The notes: a model not told the origin generated them from the letters alone. A DNA stretch of 64,000 nucleotides from Leptogorgia sarmentosa (GCA_964658305.1 OZ210885.1:2170001-2234000), one strand, 5' to 3'; positions 13,486-25,935 are shown, counted from the first letter of the stretch. Numbers and translations are program-made.

Positions 13486-16400
13486 TTATTTTGACTTGAG
13501 TTCTTTTTTCTCTCCAGTGCGATACACATATTCTTGGAGATAGAAGTTGGTAAACAAGATGTTCAGCGTGACCGCATAACAGAAAAGCAAGCGAAGCAGC
13601 CAACTTGGGAAATTGCACTCTTGAATTGTCATTGCGTATGAAATATGGATGATATCGAAGATAAACTGTACCTGTAAAAGAACGTTTAATTTTCAGATGC
13701 CCTGCATAGTATTTTTGAAGTCCCATTATTTTGCCGTGCGTGCGAAATTTTCTACCACAATGTGCTGGCAACTTCCTCACGTAACATTTCAATAAGAAAA
13801 TCAGAAAACTTTGTAAGACTATATCTGCGACATATTACAACGTTTTTAAACAGAATGTTAGAATATTACCACGTTTATAGGGTTCTTTTTAAGTCTCGTT
13901 TTATTGTTTAGATCGAAAGTTTGTCTATAACGGGAATCAATTGTCTATTGCTTCAAGTCAGTTTAGTTACTTGCATTGTTTTTATAACTTTATTAACTTA
14001 CCAATTGTAAAACGGTCACATATTTCTTCCACCATAAATATTTTCTGTATTCAGGACCAAGAGCTGAGGCCATGTAGTAGAAATACATAAGGACATGGAC
14101 AAAGCAATTAAAAGAAGCTCCAAAAAAAGCTAAAAAGAAATAAAACATTGGTATATTGGACAAATGAAAACATTCTTTAGCATTATAGAAATACTGGCGA
14201 TTGGTGCTTATCTGTGATTGACGCGGTTTTCTTTGTTATTCATTGACTTGTATTTAGCATAAATAGCATAAATACCAGGTGAGTTTATAGATTCACGGGC
14301 TTCATTCAGATAAAGCCCGCTATTTCCGGGCTTTATCTGGATATAGTCCGCTATTGCCGTGCTTTATTTGGATAAAGCCCGTGGATTTATAAGGACACAC
14401 TTAATTCAATCATAAAAACACAAGAAAATCAAAGACATTCTCTCATTTGTTCAAAGCGTATTTCAAACTTTTTTCTTGCGAAAACCTTGTCAATCATATA
14501 AAAAGTTAAAGTGCGATCTTCGGGCTTTATCTGGCTAAAAACCAAGATTCTCGGGCTTCAACTTAAGGCACTGATATTAAAGCTATATTATCAACATGAG
14601 CGTTTGTGCACGAAGTTTATAACGTAATCATGCGACAGCGATACCGAATTAATTAGATTATACAATTCAAGATTAATAGTATACAAAAACAGGTATAGTG
14701 TATATGTACGAAATCATGATGCTTTAAAAGATTTTGGGAATATGAACAAATTACTATAGTACAATTTAATGAAAAAACTGTACATCACTAAACTAACCTA
14801 TCAACATCACATAGCTAATTTTGTCATGCTTGCGCTAACAATTAAATTTAGTCTTTTTATACAGGCGATTTTTCGCTATACACATGCAAGTGATCGCATT
14901 CGATATTCAGCTTCAATAACATCAGCGGACGTTATGTCTTGTATCTGACGTTACTGCGATAACTGTAACAGCTAAACGAGGAATTGAAGATTTCTTGCAA
15001 AAAAAATTTTGTTAAAGGAGCTATGACACGCATTGCCAGGCTGCACAGTCAAGGTTATATCATAAATAACCATTATATTTTAATAACTGATACAATCGAA
15101 TTTACTTACATGTTCCACCTATAAAGAAAGAAAATTGAGATTAATTTAGAGAGACTATATAGATATAAACAAAATACTTGTAGGATTAACAGTATAACAT
15201 GTGCAAGCACTGGAAAGAACGAACCAAGCCTCGATCTAGTCCACAAAATACACGAACTATATTTAAACATGCTGTACTTTTGGAAGTGACTTTCTGTCAG
15301 GACATGCACAGACTGCCCCTGAAATTAAAGTCTTGCTATTCCACGTACAAGCATCTTAGTAATAAATAGGAATGAATCCTTATACTAACCTGGACTCCAT
15401 TTGACTACTATCCACCACATCAGTGGCACGCTACTGTGATGATAAACATGAAGAAAAGTGATTTGGTTGTTCTTCTTGCGAAGGATGAAAAATATCTGAT
15501 GAAAAAAAAATGTGATAAAAAAGGCGCTTTGGATAAATTATATAATTCCTATGGCTGAAAAGTGTATAGGCAAATTAATACACCTATATAATAATGCTGT
15601 GGAACACTTTGTGGAGTTATTGGTTCTCTATGTTAGTATGCCATCGTAGGCAATAAAATGACAGTGCCGTAGCCAGAAGAAGAATTTAGGGGGAAAGGAG
15701 AGATGGGCATGCTGATATATTCGTGTTCACATACCACAAAAACAATGTATCTCAAAATTAATAAAGAAGAACACAAATATAGCAGATCTGGCAGAACATC
15801 ATTGTTGTGGAAAAACAGGCAAACTAATACGCTGCTGATGTAAAAACGAGAAAACGGCGGGGATTTATCTGGCTAAAAGCCTGGGGCCGGTTGTTCAAAA
15901 CTAGGTTAAGGCTAATCCTGGGTTAAAATTTAACCCAGTGTTTTAGTTTGTGTATTTCTGCGAATCAGTTTTCTTCAAAACTTTGAAAAAGAAATCTCTT
16001 AATGATCTAGACAAGATTTCTGAAGAAATATTTCTAAATTCAAAAACAAATTGATGGAGAATTTGCTTTGAATTTTAAGTTAATCCAGGGTTAAACTATA
16101 ACCGGCTTTTGAACAACCGGCTCCTGGGCTTTAACTGTAAGTCAGGAACAAAGAACAAAGTTTGAAATACACTTTGCACATATGAGACCCTTTCAAGTTC
16201 AGATTAGCCATTAGGTATAATGTATTATTTGACAACTCTAGTTCTGCAGGTCTAAAGATTATTTAATTTAAAGGTATATATTTCTTTGTTATTTTGTCGC
16301 ATTTTATGATTGAATTAGGTGTGTCCTTATATAAAGCCACGGGCTTTATCCAGATAAAGGCCGCTATTACCGAGCATTATCTGGATAAAGTCCGTGAATT

Positions 16401-19273
16401 TATAAACTGGTATTTATGCTAAATACAGATCTATGAATAACAAAGAAAACTGCGTCAATCATATAATAATATGTAATAAAACAGTCCTACCTCACCTCTT
16501 CTGATGCAGAATTTTATACACAAAGGATAAAATTTACAATATGCTTACCGTATCAAAGAACTCCACAAATTTAGAAAAGAAAAATAGCCAGGATACACGT
16601 GCGTGCTAAAAAATCATACATTTTGTTTAGATGAATGAGAAAACAATTTCCAGGATACACTATACCCACTGTACATTATAATACAAAATTTCATTTAGAA
16701 ATGAAAACGAAATAGGGAATGGAAAATGGCTTGGCCGTTCAGAGAAATTTGGGGGCCAGGACAAAAATCAACTTTGGGGCCCTTTCTTAATGGCCCATGG
16801 GCATAGATCACTCGCCTTTTTATCTAAATATTTTACATTATCTACCTAATATCTAAGTAATATGGTCCCATTTTTTTCCTCACTGAATGTCCAAACTTTG
16901 CATGCTAGAAACACATTCTATCTTATTGTATCGTTTAGGTAATGAGTAGAACTTTTAGGTTTGCTGCTTTTTGATGTATCACTCAGTATTCGCTACCTAT
17001 ACACTGGCCATAAATATTGAAGTCATTCTCTATATGTCTTAGTATGATAACATTATTGATGTCAGTGTCAACCAAATGTCCGAATTCCATTCCTTTTTAT
17101 ATGATTCATCTAAGTACTAATTACCCTTAACAGACTTGGATGTGATCCAGGATCGACTCCCTGACACGAAAACTTGAAACCAGGGATGGACGACACCGAA
17201 AGTATGTACTATAAAACCAACAAAGTATTAATTCTTTGAATGTTTGCATGGTGAAGATAATATTTTATAAAGTTTATTATTTATAACTTTTATTATTGCG
17301 ATAATGAAATTACGTGGTGTAAACTACAAACTTTATAAATGAAAAAGGTATTAATAATGACATTTGGCAACATACAAGTGCGCTCATAAGTTATTGGACA
17401 CCTTCATTTTCATGAAGATGCCCTGAACAGGTAGCCAGGATAAATGTATTTATCTTATCTCAAACTTTTCCACTGATTAAAAAATTTCAATTGAAGAAGA
17501 CAAATTACACCGCTAAAAAATGATTTGGTCCAAGTCTGTATACATTTTTTATGGCGTATTCAAATAAAGATTGTATAATTATTTTGTATTTACTTATCGT
17601 GTGCCATTGAAAGTTGACGAAACGTTTTTCGCAGTTGTTTTCAAATTGTTTGCTGATATAGTTTATTTCGTCATGCTCAACCTCATTCAAAATATGCAAT
17701 ACAAAAGATAATAAGCGCTAAACTAATGAGCGATAATATCACAGATGGGATTAAAAGAGATTAGAACGAACTTATTCACCAGGACTTAGAAAAAACGCAA
17801 TTAAAATTTAATGTCTTACTCTATGTTTAGATATCAGGGGCGTGGGCGCCCCACCCCAAACTTTTAGAAATCTCTCAAAAAGTGCTCTTTCCCTTTGAAG
17901 TATTGAAGTGTCCTTTTTGTATATAGGGCGAGTGTCAATATCAAATGCCCTTCCCACCACATGCCCTCCCCACCCAACTTCACAATTAACCTCTTTCCCA
18001 AGCTCTTTCCTCCTCAATGTGCCTCCTACCTCCTTGTTAGATATGACGTTGTTCTTAAAATTTGAGCATTTACCATTTTGTAAAAATAAGGACTTCATGT
18101 ACGAATGGAATAAAATTTGGCGATCGAACTGGCATTTTCCCACTTTTGGGAACTTGGTGCTGAATATTCAAAGCAAATCCCAACGGAAATTTATTAAAAT
18201 AATTCGAATTCTATAAATTGAACAACTCTATTGATTGTGATCTATTGAGGCTAAACGCTATATTCTGCTATCTTTGTTCCAAAAGACAGGAAATGCCAAT
18301 CAATTTTTAAGTTTCACTTTTAAAATAGAGAATTTTGGCAATTAATAGAAGATGTAGTTGTGTTAAAAAATCTTTAAAAATATAGTGGAAGAAATTTCAT
18401 AATGGAAGAAGTGTTTTGTGAATTTTTCAAGGGCATGACCTACCTCAAAAAACATGTATAAAGATAGAAGAATTAATCCAAAGTTATAAACCAAAAGAAG
18501 CTGGTTTATCCGAAAAGCTTCTCTTTTTTTCATCAATTTTGGGCCGACCATTATTATCAGAAGGTAAAGAGAAACCAGGCCAAGTGCAGCCCACGGTGTC
18601 GGCATTAATAACCAGTTCGACGTGCGAGGATCTAGTTATGAAGGAAAAATAATTGACTGAAGGTAATTGAGGGTAATGATTTGACTTGGTGTAATAGCAG
18701 CCGATACTAAACCTACATATTCCAGCGCGTAGCTGTAGAAGATGCAGTTACTATTTAAAATATGCCTACGTATGACATTTATGTTACAAAGATGTGTAGT
18801 TAATTAATTATTTTGATTGTTTGCAATGGTGAACTGTGAAGTTAATATTTATAGAGCTTATTGTAGTTTACACGACGTAATTTTATTTGTATTTTCGATC
18901 CGTATAAGTCCGCATCTTCATCAGTGCCAATAATATCTCAATAATATCAATGATATTATTGGAAATGATGAAGTATAAATATATATATAAAATATATCTT
19001 GCATGTGATGGTATATATAAATATAAAGTATAAAACTACAATAAGCTCTATAAAGAAGTATAGTTAATGGATATAAATTTTACCATTATCTCTGTTCTTT
19101 GAAAATCTCTTGATGTTTAATCTGCTTTTTTAAACAATTTCAGACCGCAATGGTATTTTTTGCTATGGTCAATTGACATATTATCATAAAAGTCAACGAG
19201 AACCATTACACGTACCTCCAGCCTTCATTGCTGCATGGTAGTCCTGTACAATGTTTTCATAGAGACTAGCCAT
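13486..19273 (-). CDS. Elongation of very-long-chain fatty acids protein (ELOVL family, ELOVL4/7-like), 271 aa
   Basis: Phase-consistent exons: 19273-19216 ([10 protein letters not shown]...), 18631-18444 ([13 protein letters not shown]), 17208-17125, 16605-16549 (SKFVEFFDT), 15495-15390 ([18 protein letters not shown]), 15118-15110 (9 nt), 14129-14002 ([12 protein letters not shown]...[10 protein letters not shown]), 13671-13486 (..NFY..KKELKSK*). KxxExxDT, HxxHH, NxxxHxxMYxYY and TxxQxxQ motifs are all present. Confidence 0.93.
14215..14560 (+). repeat. Interspersed repeat with GGCTTTATCTGGATAAAGCCC sub-repeats (copy 1)
   Basis: Diverged inverted counterpart at about 15850-16461. Confidence 0.75.
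15850..16461 (-). repeat. Inverted copy of the 14215-14560 repeat, interrupted by a MITE
   Basis: For example, TGATTGACGCGGTTTTCTTTGTTATTCAT (14215) pairs with ATGAATAACAAAGAAAACTGCGTCAATCA (about 16433-16461). Confidence 0.75.
15884..16123. mobile_element. Harbinger-type MITE
   Basis: CTG|GGGCCGGTTGTTCAAAA ... TTTTGAACAACCGGCTC|CTG, 3-bp TSD. Confidence 0.8.
18845..19055. mobile_element. Inverted-repeat relic with a degenerate Penelope-type hammerhead motif
   Basis: TATAGAGCTTATTGTAGTT ... AACTACAATAAGCTCTATA. The minus strand of about 18890-18924 reads CTGATGA-AGATGCG...CGGATC-GAAA. Confidence 0.5.
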
Positions 19274-21574
19274 CTTATGTGCGTTGATGCAATCTGCAAA
19301 ATGTAGTTTCCAATCGTTTACATTATTGGTTAATTTTCCTAAAATTATCTTAGTATGTTATCGTGTGTGTCTAGCTGTGCGTGTGGGGGGGGGGGGGGCA
19401 GTTCATTGTGTATATTCGTATAAACGACAGGTTTATTCAATAAATTGGTTGAAACTTTTCTTCAAATTGGTTGAAACGTTTATTCAAATTGACAAATACA
19501 GCGGGAAGCCATTAAATGTCAGACGTGAAACGAACGCAAAATTTATCCAATCAGGGCCAAGAAATTTTGCCTTGAATTAAGAAAAATGCCCTCCTCAAAA
19601 TGATACTAGTAACTCCACGAGAATAGCACAAGACAAACGCGAAATGCCGACTGTCCACATCATTGAAACAGAAATAATTTGATCGATCAAATCCGCACGT
19701 TTACTAAATCCAAGCCCCTTTTTTACATGCAGAATTCTGCCAGCTTAGCATCCACTCAGAAAAACACTGTCTGTTATGTTGCTCTTAGAACGTTTCATAT
19801 GCTAAGACTTTGGTCACTTCAGTTTTGGTTTGTGAAACCGTTCCCAACGCTAAATCCACCTTGGAAGGTTTGTAAGAAGAGATAATAAAACGTAACGCGG
19901 TATCATAATTGCATGCGCGCACGGGACCTGCATGCAATACAAATTAAAAAATCAAAATAAACCTTTAAAGTATCTTACTCACCCAATAAGGATCAGTGTT
20001 TAACCTGTAATCTTGCCTTTAAAGTTAACTTATGTTGTGTTGTGTTGTGTTGCCCTCTCATTAACTCTGAAGTCGCATAGTTACATGGTCATCGTCATGC
20101 ACCAAGTCAGGTAATAGTAGGCGTAACTACGTATGCATGTTAATTAAATGTGTGCACAAGAGCATGCATACCTTCAATGACGTTTGTTCAGCTAAAACAC
20201 ATGCAAATTTCATATCCATATGACAAAAAACTCTTTATTTAGTTGATGGCGAACAGATTAACTTTTTTGACCAACGTACGTCATAATACCTTGTAAACAT
20301 TATGTAAACATGTAGCTACATGTTAAGTTAGTACGTACTCTTTAAATACGAGAAGGACTCGATCGAAAAATGTTTTTTCCGAAATTCTTGAGAGGTCATT
20401 GGCGAAGAAATTGAATCCAAGCCGAGATTTTTTTTAAAAAAGATGTGAATTCACATGATATTGAATCACATAGGCTATTAAGACCATGCTAGTGATTTGT
20501 GTAAGATTTATTAATGAGTTTTTAATATATGATAATTACATTTGAAGAGGCTGCATGATGTATATAATTATAGCAAATCACAATTTCATTGCACGGCACA
20601 TGCCCCTTGTCAGGGGTCTATTCAAGAATACTGAACAACAGCAAAACTGATTGAGTGATCTTGTAAGTGAAATGTTTATGAGTGTTTAATAATATATAGT
20701 TCTACTTTAGCGGAATCATGCTGGTGTAGTTAATATTTACTCCATAGTCCCTATATCTTTATAGAAGCAAAACAAAATATTTTGCCGGTGATTTTTTTTA
20801 AGAAAATGTCTGCTGGCTGGCGTTTTTAAATTATTTTCACGCAGGATATTCTTAATCACGTTCTCAGATTCTACTTGAACAATTTTCTTATTCGCTCTCG
20901 ATCTCAACGAGCGTGATAGATGAGATGAGGTCGAGAGATGATGGTCTATAAATCAAAGTAAATGTAAGATTGAGTTAAGGTTTAGATTTCTGTGAGGTGA
21001 TAGTTAATGATAAGAACCTAAAATGGTCATAATCAATATAATCTGGCAAAATGCGAGATAACATCAACATATTTTCAGATGTGTAACAATATCCCACTCG
21101 ATAGGTGATTCGCCAAACTAAACCATCCCTACCTTCTCTAATTCACAATAGCAATATTTACTTCTAGGTAGTTCTGTAATACAGTACTGCAGACAGTGGC
21201 GTAGCGAAGCCATTCCGATAGGGGGGGTGTAAAGCAAAATATTTTACCGACCTAAATAGGTTTGGGCAGGACAGGGCCAGATTATTTGGCGGGGAGGGCG
21301 AGTCTCACGAGACGCCACCATGGTTGGCGTCGAGCGAGAAAATTTTGTGAATTTAGAGCCTCTAGATCGCCGGAAACGGCCATTTCAGAGTGTTAACCAA
21401 AGCCTTAACACTCAGAATAGAGTCTAGAGGTCTTAGATGTTGTACAACCACAGCTTGCGAACTAATCACACACGGACATAGACAACAGACATATACTTTT
21501 ACATATTTTACTTTTCTACTCTCTCTGTGATTTAATGACACACATAAAAATTTTTTTTTTCGTTTCTCCCTTTG

Positions 21575-24500
21575 CTATTCTTGCTTTTTAACACTTTCAC
21601 AATGTCTGGGATGTTGAAAACAACGAAGAGAACAAATTTTGATGTACGCGCATGCGCAATGCGCTTGACAAAATTATTTTCGGTTTTCTTCACTCAAAAA
21701 AATTGTTTTCGGTTCTTCCTTGACTATTCTTGCTTTTTAACACTTTCACAATGTCTGGGATGTTGAAAACCACGAAGAGAACAAATTTTGACGTACGCGC
21801 ATGCGCAATGCGCTTGACAAAATTATTTTCGGTTTTCTTCACTCAAAAAAATTGTTTTCGGTTCTTCCTTGACTATCCTTGCTTTTTAACACTTTCACAA
21901 TGTCTGGGATGTTGAAAAAACGAAGAAAACAAATTTTGACGTACGCGCATGCGCAATGAAATTCACCAAACGAGTCCCACAACAACCAAGCCACAAGAGT
22001 GTGACGTAGTTAAATACAAATCCGGAATATAGCTTATTGGTTCTCATGCTACGACATTGCCTTTCGCTAAAGGACAAGGTGCTTATCACATATGGTCTAG
22101 GGGCCGATCTGCATCTCCCTGCTCTCTCTGAGTGTTCCTGAATGTCAAAGTCATGCATTTGTACCAGTCAAGATATAGCGGGCATCCCCGATGCGTTCCG
22201 GTTGCCTTAGTAAGTCCCTACTGGCGATCTACCAGACTCGTTCTGTGCGGATGGTAGGGCACTTGACGAATTCTTTTCGTTTTTTTTCACTTAACTATCA
22301 CAACTTCCTTGACTGTTCTTGCTTTTTAACACTTTCACAATGTCTGGGATGTTGAAAACAACGAAGAGAACAAATTTTGACGTACGCGCATGCGCAATGC
22401 GCTTGACAAAATTATTTTCGGTTTTCTTCACTCAAAAAAATTGTTTTCGGTTCTTCCTTGACTATCCTTGCTTTTTAACACTTTCACAATGTCTGGGATG
22501 TTGAAAAAACGAAGAAAACAAATTTTGACGTACGCGCATGCGCAATGAAATTCACCAAACGAGTCCCACAACAACCACGCCACAAGAGTGTGACGTAGTT
22601 AAATACAAATCCGGATTATAGCTTATTGGTTCTCATGCTACGACATTGCCTTTCGCTAAAGGACAAGGTGCTTATCACATATGGTCTAGGGGCCGATCTG
22701 CATCTCCCTGCTCTCTGAGTGTTCCTGAATGTCAAAGTCATGCATTTGTACCAGTCAAGATATAGCGGGCATCCCCGATGCGTTCCGGTTGCCTTAGTAA
22801 GTCCCTACTGGCGATCTACCAGACTCGTTCTGTGCGGATGGTAGGGCACTTGACGAATTCTTTTCGGTTTTTTTCACTTAACTATCTCAACTTCCTTGAC
22901 TATTCTTGCTTTTTAACACTTTCACAATGTCTGGGATGTTGAAAACAACGAAGAGAACAAATTTTGACGTACGCGCATGCGCAATGCGCTTGACAAAATT
23001 ATTTTCGGTTTTCTTCACTCAAAAAAATTGTTTTCGGTTCTTCCTTGACTATCCTTGCTTTTTAACACTTTCACAATGTCTGGGATGTTGAAAAAACGAA
23101 GAAAACAAATTTTGACGTACGCGCATGCGCAATGAAATTCACCAAACGAGTCCCACAACAACCAAGCCACAAGAGTGTGACGTAGTTAAATACAAATCCG
23201 GAATATAGCTTATTGGTTCTCATGCTACGACATTGCCTTTCGCTAAAGGACAAGGTGCTTATCACATATGGTCTAGGGGCCGATCTGCATCTCCCTGCTC
23301 TCTCTGAGTGTTCCTGAATGTCAAAGTCATGCATTTGTACCAGTCAAGATATAGCGGGCATCCCCGATGCGTTCCGGTTGCCTTAGTAAGTCCCTACTGG
23401 CGATCTACCAGACTCGTTCTGTGCGGATGGTAGGGCACTTGACGAATTCTTTTCGGTTTTTTTCACTTAACTATCTCAACTTCCTTGACTATTCTTGCTT
23501 TTTAACACTTTCACAATGTCTGGGATGTTGAAAACAACGAAGAGAACAAATTTTGACGTACGCGCATGCGCAATGCGCTTGACAAAATTATTTTCGGTTT
23601 TCTTCACTCAAAAAAATTGTTTTCGGTTCTTCCTTGACTATCCTTGCTTTTTAACACTTTCACAATGTCTGGGATGTTGAAAAAACGAAGAAAACAAATT
23701 TTGACGTACGCGCATGCGCAATGAAATTCACCAAACGAGTCCCACAACAACCACGCCACAAGAGTGTGACGTAGTTAAATACAAATCCGGAATATAGCTT
23801 ATTGGTTGTCATGCTACGACATTGCCTTTCGCTAAAGGACAAGGTGCTTATCACATATGGTCTAGGGGCCGATCTGCATCTCCCTGCTCTCTGAGTGTTC
23901 CTGAATGTCAAAGTCATGCATTTGTACCAGTCAAGATATAGCGGGCATCCCCGATGCGTTCCGGTTGCCTTAGTAAGTCCCTACTGGCGATCTACCAGAC
24001 TCGTTCTGTGCGGATGGTAGGGCACTTGACGAATTCTTTTCGGTTTTTTTCACTTAACTATCTCAACTTCCTTGACTATCCTTGCTTTTTAACACTTTCA
24101 CAATGTCTGGGATGTTGAAAACAACGAAGAGAACAAATTTTGACGTATGCGCATGCGCAATGCGCTTGACAAAATTATTTTCGGTTTTCTTCACTCAAAA
24201 AAATTGTTTTCGGTTCTTCCTTGACTATCCTTGCTTTTTAACACTTTCACAATGTCTGGGATGTTGAAAAAACGAAGAAAACAAATTTTGACGTACGCGC
24301 ATGCGCAATGAAATTCACCAAACGAGTCCCACAACAACCACGCCACAAGAGTGTGACGTAGTTAAATACAAATCCGGAATATAGCTTATTGGTTCTCATG
24401 CTACGACATTGCCTTTCGCTAAAGGACAAGGTGCTTATCACATATGGTCTAGGGGCCGATCTGCATCTCCCTGCTCTCTGAGTGTTCCTGAATGTCAAAG

Positions 24501-25935
24501 TCATGCATTTGTACCAGTCAAGATATAGCGGGCATCCCCGATGCGTTCCGGTTGCCTTAGTAAGTCCCTACTGGCGATCTACCAGACTCGTTCTGTGCGG
24601 ATGGTAGGGCACTTGACGAATTCTTTTCGGTTTTTTTCACTTAACTATCTCAACTTCCTTGACTATCCTTGCTTTTTAACACTTTCACAATGTCTGGGAT
24701 GTTGAAAACAACGAAGAGAACAAATTTTGACGTACGCGCATGCGCAATGCGCTTGACAAAATTATTTTCGGTTTTCTTCACTCAAAAAAATTGTTTTCGG
24801 TTCTTCCTTGACTATCCTTGCTTTTTAACACTTTCACAATGTCTGGGATGTTGAAAAAACGAAGAAAACAAATTTTGACGTACGCGCATGCGCAATGAAA
24901 TTCACCAAACGAGTCCCACAACAACCACGCCAAAAGAGTGTGACGTAGTTAAATACAAATCCGGAATATAGCTTATTGGTTCTCATGCTACGACATTGCG
25001 TTTCGCTAAAGGACAAGGTGCTTATCACATATGGTCTAGGGGCCGATCTGCATCTCCCTGCTCTCTGAGTGTTCCTGAATGTCAAAGTCATGCATTTGTA
25101 CCAGTCAAGATATAGCGGGCATCCCCGATGCGTTCCGGTTGCCTTAGTAAGTCCCTACTGGCGATCTACCAGACTCGTTCTGTGCGGATGGTAGGGCACT
25201 TGACGAATTCTTTTCGGTTTTTTTCACTTAACTATCTCAACTTCCTTGACTATTCTTGCTTTTTAACACTTTCACAATGTCTGGGATGTTGAAAACAACG
25301 AAGAGAACAAATTTTGACGTACGCGCATGCGCAATGCGCTTGACAAAATTATTTTCGGTTTTCTTCACTCAAAAAAATTGTTTTCGGTTCTTCCTTGACT
25401 ATCCTTGCTTTTTAACACTTTCACAATGTCTGGGATGTTGAAAAAACGAAGAAAACAAATTTTGACGTACGCGCATGCGCAATGAAATTCACCAAACGAG
25501 TCCCACAACAACCACGCCACAAGAGTGTGACGTAGTTAAATACAAATCCGGAATATAGCTTATTGGTTGTCATGCTACGACATTGCCTTTCGCTAAAGGA
25601 CAAGGTGCTTATCACATATGGTCTAGGGGCCGATCTGCATCTCCCTGCTCTCTGAGTGTTCCTGAATGTCAAAGTCATGCATTTGTACCAGTCAAGATAT
25701 AGCGGGCATCCCCGATGCGTTCCGGTTGCCTTAGTAAGTCCCTACTGGCGATCTACCAGGCTCGTTCTGTGCGGATGGTAGGGCACTTGACGAATTCTTT
25801 TCGGTTTTTTTCACTTAACTATCTCAACTTCCTTGACTATTCTTGCTTTTTAACACTTTCACAATGTCTGGGATGTTGAAAACAACGAAGAGAACAAATT
25901 TTGACGTACGCGCATGCGCAATGCGCTTGACAAAA
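21575..25935 (+). repeat. Tandem array of 7 complete 587/589-bp units, each with a duplicated ~149-bp subunit and a ~240-bp GC-richer core
   Basis: Equivalent positions recur at 21730, 22319, 22906, 23495, 24082, 24669, 25256 and 25843. Units differ by only a few substitutions and one CT indel. Confidence 0.97.
22039..22277 (+). ncRNA. Candidate structured ncRNA of unknown family; first of 7 copies (others start at 22628, 23215, 23804, 24391, 24978, 25565)
   Basis: Nested complementary segments (see findings), TTAAATA about 29 nt upstream and a TTTT/T-run at the 3' end. No motif match to U1, U2, U4, U6, SRP, RNase P/MRP or 5S that I could recognise. Confidence 0.35.

Noticed and set aside
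15106..15309. 67-aa ORF as an ELOVL exon
   Set aside because: Not ELOVL-like. Only the 9 nt between AG and GTAAGT at its end fit the family alignment.
22039..22277. Hammerhead, HDV-like, twister or pistol ribozyme, or TRIM retroelement, in the array core
   Set aside because: There is no CTGANGA on either strand. GCGTTCCGGTTGC resembles an HDV P3/L3, but P1 and P2 partners are missing. No convincing tRNA primer-binding site or correctly placed polypurine tract.
21572..25678. Repeated 61-87 aa ORFs in the tandem array
   Set aside because: They start at TTG or differ in frame between copies through a 2-nt indel, and show no protein-like features. They are by-products of the repeat.
21575..25935. 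CRISPR array, rDNA/5S, spliced-leader or spliceosomal snRNA cluster
   Set aside because: The intervening sequences are near-identical rather than unique spacers. I could not find the diagnostic motifs of 5S, U1, U2, U4, U6, U12, SRP or RNase P/MRP. AATTTTGA resembles an Sm site but has no SL donor context.
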